From positions 1-12,289 of the forward strand of contig RDOE01000091.1 in the NCBI GenBank assembly GCA_011364975.1: a DNA stretch of 12,289 nt, read 5' to 3'. Below the pieces are notes generated by a model. It worked only from the letters and a program-made list of their open reading frames with translations, searched no databases and was not told the DNA's origin. Shown here piece by piece: positions 6,710 through 12,289 of the stretch. Position 1 is the first letter of the stretch; each line of letters begins with the position of its first letter. Both the position numbers and the translations under genes were made by a program. The stretch comes from Promethearchaeota archaeon. GTDB taxonomy: Archaea; Asgardarchaeota; Lokiarchaeia; Sigyniarchaeales; SOKP01.

Positions 6710-9463
6710 TTAATTAAGGAAGAGTAGTTTCCCTAGAAAAGTAGTTAGATCCATTATTTTCAATTTGCTCTTTTGTTCCTTATTTTCGTTCAGGTAACAA
6801 TTAAGATGGGCTAAACATTTCGGACAACTTACGATTAAGTAATCAGCACCAGTATCGATAGCCTCTTTAATGCGATCTGCTTGTATCATTCTTGAATACT
6901 CATTACAACTTATATATGAGGACACTCCACAGCATAATGCATCAGCTTTATTACTCTTCATCTCAATCAATTCAATAAACGGGATTTTTTTAAGTAGTTC
7001 ACGTGGAGGGTCATAAACTTTGCTCATTCTTCCTAATCTGCAAGCATCATGATAAGTAACTTTAATCTTTTCCATAATGGGAAATTTTAAATCCTCTAAT
7101 ATATGTTCTTTTAATAGGTATTCAGTTATATGGTAAATTTCAAAATCGAATTCTTGGGAATCTTTAAACAATTTTGGATATTCAAATTTCCATGTGTAAT
7201 ATCCTTCGGCGCAACTAAAAATTAGTGTTTTTACTCCAGCATCTTTAAATAATTTAACATTATATCGTGCTAATTTCTCGAATGAAACCATATCTCCTTG
7301 CCATAAACTATCATGTCCGCAACATTTTTCATTTGAGAGAACCACAGGCGAGATTTCGTTATGATTTAACAAACCTATTACTGTTTTTGGAATTTCTAAG
7401 AAATCTTGGGCTTCATAACATTGGTAAGTAGATTGAAATCCATAGGAACATTCTTGTATATTAGATTCATCACACGCATTACTATAAGCTTCAAGTTTTT
7501 GATCAGTACTACAACAGATATTGCAATTTAAACATCTTCTTGCCTCTTGAATTGCCCTATCCTCAGTCATACCCAATTCAACTTCATCAAATCCTCTTAA
7601 TCTTTTTTCCAATGGTAATATATCTAAAGTTTCTTTTGGTAACTCTCTTGCGTCTTTTTTTGGAATGGGAGCTACTTTTGCATATTGTCTTAAGGTTCTA
7701 TTTTGCTTCAAATCAATACCTCTCAAGTATCTATCTATGGATTCTGCAGCATCATATCCGTGGGCAATTGCCCTAATTGCGATTCCTTCACCTTCAATAA
7801 CATCACCACCAGCAAATATATTTGGAATATTAGTTTGTAAAGTGATTTCATCAGTTTCTATCTTACCCCATCTATCGATTTTTAATTGATCATGAGCAGC
7901 TTCTAATAGTGTAAAATCAGTACCTTGCCCTATTGCGAGGATCATAACATCAATATTCATTTTGAATTCGGAACCTTCAATTGGGATGGGACGCCTACGT
8001 CCTGAAGGATCGGGCTCACCAAGTTCCATTCTTATACATTCTACCTCTTTTATATTTCCTTGTTCATCCCCTATTACTCTTATAGGATTAGTTAAGAATT
8101 GAAAATCGATATTTTCTTCTTTAGCCATCTCGATTTCTTCTTCTGAAGCTGGCATTTCTTGTTCAGAACGTCTATATATAACAATGACCTTCTTGGCACC
8201 TAATCTTAAAGCAGTTCTTGCCGAATCCATGGCCACATTTCCACCTCCAACAACACCGATAATCTTATCTTTAAATTCGAACTGCTTTTTAGTTAGGTTT
8301 TTTTGTTTGAGAAAGTTAAGACCGCATAATACGTTTTTCAGATCAGCACCCTCAATTTTCATTTCTAAACAAGTTTGTTGACCAATTGAGATAAAAAATG
8401 CTTTAAATCCTTGCTTCTCTAAATTTTCAAAACTTAAGCTTGGACCTACAGGTGTGTTAAGTTTAATTTTTACACCCATACTTTCGATAAATTCAATTTC
8501 ATGATCTAAAATATAAGCTGGTAAACGATATCTTGGAATTCCAGACCTTAAAGTACCTCCTTTATAAATCTCCGCCTCAAAAACAGAAGGTTTGTATCCT
8601 TTTCTTGCTAAATAATAAGCTGCTGATAACCCTCCCGGTCCTGCGCCTATTATTGCAACTTTTCCTTTCTTTTGCTCAACAGGTTTAATCGTTGATTCAA
8701 GATTATTATTCAATTCATAATCTGAAATAAATCGCTTTAATGCCCGAATTGCAATAGGATCATCAATATCTTTGCGATTACAAGCTAAAGCGCAAGGTTC
8801 AGTACATATACGAGCACAAATCATTGGGAAAGGGTTTTTTTCTCTAATTAGATCAAGAGCCTCTTGAAATTTACCTTCTGCTATTAATGAAATATAACCT
8901 TGGACATCTACTCCCGCAGGACAAGCATTTGTACAGGGAGGTATTGAATTCATAAAGGGTAAGCATCCCATAAAGTACGCAATTTCACCTTTATCTGATA
9001 TTTTTAAATTTGTTGATTCTAAAAACCCTAGCTTATTATGAGTATCAATTAAATCATTTGCCATTAGATAGGGTAGATTCGAATATTCTCGATCATGATG
9101 AGCTTTTACTTTTTCTATCTCTAAGGGTTCATAGTCTGAAATAAGAGTTCTGAGATTTAATATAATATCAAGAAAGTTTACACCTGTTTTTTCTGTAAAC
9201 ATCGGACAATATTCCATACATGTTCCACAAGTTAAGCAACTCCATATATTATTACGTTCTAATGCTTCTTCTGGTGATAAGAAAGTTAAATCCATAATTA
9301 ATTGTCTTGGAAAAAAGGTGCCTATATGGGAGAGGGGACATACGTTAACACATCGATTACAGCTATAACAATAATTTGCCGCCGCTTTAACTTTATCAAT
9401 TACTGCTTTAGGAAGTTTAGTCTGTTCTTTTTTAGCGCCGTCTATATCTTTCGATTCAGTCAT
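6710..9463 (-). CDS. HdrD-like protein (HdrC 2x[4Fe-4S] + two CCG domains) with an inserted, circularly permuted GltD-type FAD/NADPH module
   Basis: HdrC: CYSCNRCVNVCP and IWSCLTCGTCMEYCP. CCG1 starts at IAYFMGCLP (~8980-8958). The insert (~8945-7511) runs PPCTNACPAG..ICTEPCALAC..LKRF..GAGPGG..GIPRYRLP..GGGNVAMD..YRR..FAGGD..EARRCLNC. CCG1 resumes at EKCCGHD..SCAEG. CCG2 is VTYHDACRLGR..LCCG..SCPKC. Confidence 0.85.
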   Translation of the reverse strand: MTESKDIDGAKKEQTKLPKAVIDKVKAAANYCYSCNRCVNVCPLSHIGTFFPRQLIMDLTFLSPEEALERNNIWSCLTCGTCMEYCPMFTEKTGVNFLDIILNLRTLISDYEPLEIEKVKAHHDREYSNLPYLMANDLIDTHNKLGFLESTNLKISDKGEIAYFMGCLPFMNSIPPCTNACPAGVDVQGYISLIAEGKFQEALDLIREKNPFPMICARICTEPCALACNRKDIDDPIAIRALKRFISDYELNNNLESTIKPVEQKKGKVAIIGAGPGGLSAAYYLARKGYKPSVFEAEIYKGGTLRSGIPRYRLPAYILDHEIEFIESMGVKIKLNTPVGPSLSFENLEKQGFKAFFISIGQQTCLEMKIEGADLKNVLCGLNFLKQKNLTKKQFEFKDKIIGVVGGGNVAMDSARTALRLGAKKVIVIYRRSEQEMPASEEEIEMAKEENIDFQFLTNPIRVIGDEQGNIKEVECIRMELGEPDPSGRRRPIPIEGSEFKMNIDVMILAIGQGTDFTLLEAAHDQLKIDRWGKIETDEITLQTNIPNIFAGGDVIEGEGIAIRAIAHGYDAAESIDRYLRGIDLKQNRTLRQYAKVAPIPKKDARELPKETLDILPLEKRLRGFDEVELGMTEDRAIQEARRCLNCNICCSTDQKLEAYSNACDESNIQECSYGFQSTYQCYEAQDFLEIPKTVIGLLNHNEISPVVLSNEKCCGHDSLWQGDMVSFEKLARYNVKLFKDAGVKTLIFSCAEGYYTWKFEYPKLFKDSQEFDFEIYHITEYLLKEHILEDLKFPIMEKIKVTYHDACRLGRMSKVYDPPRELLKKIPFIELIEMKSNKADALCCGVSSYISCNEYSRMIQADRIKEAIDTGADYLIVSCPKCLAHLNCYLNENKEQKSKLKIMDLTTFLGKLLFLN

Positions 9464-9919
9464 TATAATTCAAAATAAATCTTTATTGTTGATAAATATA
9501 GATGATCAAAATTTTTATATAATTTGATTATAGAATTAAACAAATTTGACCTTTTTCTTGAAAATTAATAATGAATATTGGAGAAAATAAATAAGTTAAA
9601 CTATGACGAGAATAGGAAGATTAGAAAATTCTTAAATTCGAACGATTAATTTCTTATAAGATTAAAAATTAGGCTGTTATAGGCCAATCTGAGATGATAA
9701 TTTTTCTCTTATTTATATAAATTATTTTATAGGAACTAATGATATTTTAGCGCATATTAAATAAATTATATCTCAAATAATTATCATACACGACAATGCA
9801 CTTTCATGAGTAGAAATACAATTAAAGAGTATAATTATTGCTATGTTATTAGCATCAATGAGTAAACTAATAAATAGTAGTATATTGTTAAAATTAAATA
9901 TCATCAAAAATAAAATTTA
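9464..9919. promoter_or_regulatory. Divergent promoter region between the hdrD-like/nfn cluster and the aor operon
   Basis: 456-bp very AT-rich non-coding gap between head-to-head genes. TATA-like boxes at 9515-9522 (TTATATAA) and 9711-9722 (palindromic ATTTATATAAAT). Exact promoters cannot be assigned. Confidence 0.5.
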
Positions 9920-9928
9920 GTGAAAAAC

Positions 9929-11854
9929 ATGAGTAAAGCGAAAGAAATAACCTTACCAGACGAGGTTAAAGGTTTTTCCCAAGTTAGACTTGATGTTGAT
10001 TTAACCACTGGAAAAATTCAAAAATCTACATTATCAAGAGAATTTTGCCGAGATTGGATTGGTGGCTATGGTTTCGGTGCAAAAGTTTTATGGGATGAAC
10101 TTAAACCAGGAGTAGATCCTTTAAGTCCAGATAATGTTTTTGTATATGCCCATGGTCCTTTTCCAACTACTATTTTGCCAACAAGTTCAAAATATGGAGT
10201 ATTTGCTAAATCACCCTTAACTAACATGTTTGGAATGGCCATTTCTTCAGGTTCGGTCGCAGCTCAAGCTCGGAGAGCAGGAGTAAACTTGATTGTCATC
10301 AAGGGTAAAGCGCCAGAACCTGTTTATATGGTTGTTGATGACGATGATCATTACCTAGTTCCTTGTGAAAAAACAGTTTGGGGCAAAGGTTGTTGGGAAA
10401 CAGAAGAAATGATTCGGGAAGAATTCCAAGATCATCGCTTAGCTGTTATGTCAATCGGTCCATCTGGAGAGCATATGAGCCACATGGCTTGCATAACCAA
10501 TGATCGCAACAGACAAGCTGGTAGAACAGGGATGGGTGCAGTTATGGGTTCTAAAAATCTAAAAGCTATTGCTTTTAGAGGTACTAAAGGGGTAAAAGTT
10601 GCGCAACCTGCAGAATTTTATAAATTAGCAAAAAAGCTAATTAAAGTTGCTAATGGCCCTGCTACTGCCAAATATAGAGATCTGGGAACCCCTGCAGGGA
10701 TTACCAGTTATAATAAACTCGGTATGATGCCTACCAATAATATGCTTGAAGGAAGTTGGGATAGAGTAGATGATGGCACTTTCACAGGAGACACACTCAA
10801 TGCAGATTGGGTGGTTAAGAAAGTTGCGTGCTCCCAATGCTCAATAGCATGTGATCATATTACTAAAGTGCCTAAAAATCATCCAAATTGGCCTAATCTC
10901 TATATTAGTATTGATCAAGAACTTTGTTATAGTTATGGTAGCGCTTGTGGGAATTATGATTGGCCAACAGTTTTCAAATGTGTGGAATTGAGTGATAATT
11001 TGGGAATTGATGCCATTTCTGGAGGAGTCACAGCCGCTATGGCCTGTAACTTATATGAGGATGGTCTTATTACAAAAGAGGATTTAGGATATGAGTTACC
11101 CTTCGGCTCTACGGTAAATCTAGCACGATTCACTGAAGAAATGTGTCTTGGTAAAGGATTTGCCGGTAAGATTTTTGGAGATGGTTGTCTTCAGGCAGGT
11201 AAAAGATTAGAAGAAATGGGGAGAAAAAATGCATCCTATTATGGAATGCATATAAAAGGGCTTGAAATGCCAGCATTTGATCTTCATGGAATGAGTACAT
11301 TTGCTGTTGGCATGAGTGTATCAGTCCGAGGGGCTTGTCACTTACGTAATGGAGCGTATGGTATCGATGCAAAAGGAACTTATGATAGATTAGCTTATGA
11401 TAAACCGGTAGAACGTGGAAAAGCTATAAAAAGTCTTGAAGATATTTACGGAATAATAGATTCTTATATTATTTGTAAATTTACTCGTGGAATTTATGAA
11501 TCAGATGATGAAATGGCAAAAGCATTCGAATTGGTTACAGGAATTCCACATACCGGAGACTCAATAAATCTTAGAGGCGATTCAATCGTTACTCTCTCTC
11601 GATGTTTTAATATTCGAGAAGGATGGACACGAGCCGATGATCATCCACCTGCAAGATTCTTTAAAGAAGCTCACACTAGAGGACCTAACAAAGGTGTGAC
11701 CTTAAAAGAAGATGGTTATCAGAAATTATTAAGTGGATACTTTGAAGCTAGAGGATATGATAAAGAGACAGGAATACCTACTGATGCTACGTTGAAGAAA
11801 TTAGGATTAGATTTTGTAATTGGGAAACTAAAGTCAACCGGAGGTAAGAAGTAG
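9929..11854 (+). CDS. aor: Tungsten-containing aldehyde:ferredoxin oxidoreductase (AOR/WOR family)
   Basis: WIGGYG, KSPLT, IGPSGE, AGRTGMGAVMGSKNLKAI, GTP, CSQCSIAC [4Fe-4S] motif, DNLGIDAIS, KGLEMPAFD, RGACHL, FNIREG..DD..P.RF. ATG at 9929 is preferred; the ORF track uses the in-frame GTG at 9920. Confidence 0.92.
   Translation: MSKAKEITLPDEVKGFSQVRLDVDLTTGKIQKSTLSREFCRDWIGGYGFGAKVLWDELKPGVDPLSPDNVFVYAHGPFPTTILPTSSKYGVFAKSPLTNMFGMAISSGSVAAQARRAGVNLIVIKGKAPEPVYMVVDDDDHYLVPCEKTVWGKGCWETEEMIREEFQDHRLAVMSIGPSGEHMSHMACITNDRNRQAGRTGMGAVMGSKNLKAIAFRGTKGVKVAQPAEFYKLAKKLIKVANGPATAKYRDLGTPAGITSYNKLGMMPTNNMLEGSWDRVDDGTFTGDTLNADWVVKKVACSQCSIACDHITKVPKNHPNWPNLYISIDQELCYSYGSACGNYDWPTVFKCVELSDNLGIDAISGGVTAAMACNLYEDGLITKEDLGYELPFGSTVNLARFTEEMCLGKGFAGKIFGDGCLQAGKRLEEMGRKNASYYGMHIKGLEMPAFDLHGMSTFAVGMSVSVRGACHLRNGAYGIDAKGTYDRLAYDKPVERGKAIKSLEDIYGIIDSYIICKFTRGIYESDDEMAKAFELVTGIPHTGDSINLRGDSIVTLSRCFNIREGWTRADDHPPARFFKEAHTRGPNKGVTLKEDGYQKLLSGYFEARGYDKETGIPTDATLKKLGLDFVIGKLKSTGGKK
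11840..11845 (+). promoter_or_regulatory. Shine-Dalgarno site (GGAGGT) for the downstream Fe-S subunit gene
   Basis: CCGGAGGTAAGAAGTAGAATG: GGAGGT lies 10 nt before the ATG at 11856, and the aor stop TAG (11852-11854) is 1 nt from that ATG. Confidence 0.65.
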
Positions 11855-11855
11855 A

Positions 11856-12289
11856 ATGTCTAAAGCCATAACAACGAAAAAAAGAGGTGGCGTAGTACAC
11901 CAATTCATTGTTGTCGATCCAGATCTCTGCACTGGGTGTGAAACATGTGAAACGATATGCTCCTTTGTACATGATGGCGAATTCAATCCAATAAATACTA
12001 GAATTCATAGAGTAAGAATAGAACCTGTATTTAACATAGCTCTAGCATGCCAGAAATGTGAAGATGCACCTTGTATTCGCAGTTGTCCCGAAAAAGCCTT
12101 GGAGAAAGATGAACGAGATGGTTCTATCCTTGTAGATGACGATAAGTGTAATGGATGCGGTTATTGTGTACGTGCTTGCGATTTTGGGGTTATGACTATG
12201 CATATTACTACACAAAAAGCACTTGTATGCGATCTCTGTGAGAATATGAAAGAGGAATTTATTGATCCAGAAGTAGGGAAGAAGGAGCC
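11856..12289 (+). CDS. Partial 4x[4Fe-4S] electron-transfer subunit (DmsB/CooF/AorA-like), AOR partner
   Basis: Not in the ORF track; translated by hand: MSKAITTKKRGGVVHQFIVVDPDLCTGCETCETICSFVH...ALACQKCEDAPCIRSCPEKA...DKCNGCGYCVRACDFG...LVCDLC...KKEP, open to the window end. The Cys spacing is typical of four-cluster subunits. Confidence 0.9.
   Translation, partial: MSKAITTKKRGGVVHQFIVVDPDLCTGCETCETICSFVHDGEFNPINTRIHRVRIEPVFNIALACQKCEDAPCIRSCPEKALEKDERDGSILVDDDKCNGCGYCVRACDFGVMTMHITTQKALVCDLCENMKEEFIDPEVGKKE

Noticed and set aside
7540-8381. Three short plus-strand ORFs (7540-7776, 7665-7889, 8184-8381)
   Set aside because: All lie antisense within the motif-rich 917-aa gene and have no independent support.
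7511-8945. Insert interpreted as an intein or mobile element
   Set aside because: No intein C/S...HN termini, endonuclease motifs, terminal repeats or transposase. It is a recognisable flavoprotein domain.
9600-9919. Moco/tungsten-cofactor riboswitch or tRNA upstream of aor
   Set aside because: No GC-rich stems or recognisable consensus by eye; an Rfam/tRNAscan search would be needed to exclude this formally.
10637-12008. Short minus-strand ORFs (10637-10837, 11130-11372, 11787-12008)
   Set aside because: Antisense to aor and the Fe-S subunit gene; the Cys pairs in 10637-10837 look incidental.

Overview
AT-rich archaeal window, most likely Lokiarchaeia/Promethearchaeota (Asgard), inferred from a Loki-CTERM-type C-terminal anchor and the gene content. 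It is dominated by redox genes. On the minus strand, three co-oriented genes encode: (i) a 917-aa HdrD-like protein (HdrC ferredoxin plus two CCG domains) with a complete, circularly permuted NADPH/FAD GltD-type module inserted inside its first CCG domain; (ii) a canonical NfnA/NfnS small subunit; and (iii) a 910-aa fusion of a winged-helix-like domain, a 2[4Fe-4S] ferredoxin, an FrhB/FpoF-type F420-binding flavoprotein domain and a complete NfnB/NfnL bifurcating subunit. The best candidate for an undescribed system is this Nfn variant, whose low-potential arm may be wired to F420, next to a possible single-chain NADPH:(hetero)disulfide reductase. An aldehyde:ferredoxin oxidoreductase and its 4x[4Fe-4S] partner (partial) are transcribed divergently from this cluster. 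To the left are a beta-helix surface protein, a minimal reductive-dehalogenase/QueG-family protein and the N-terminus of a Zn-ribbon, RapA-like protein. No RNA genes, CRISPR arrays or mobile elements were recognised. All domain calls come from motif recognition by eye; no database search was run.
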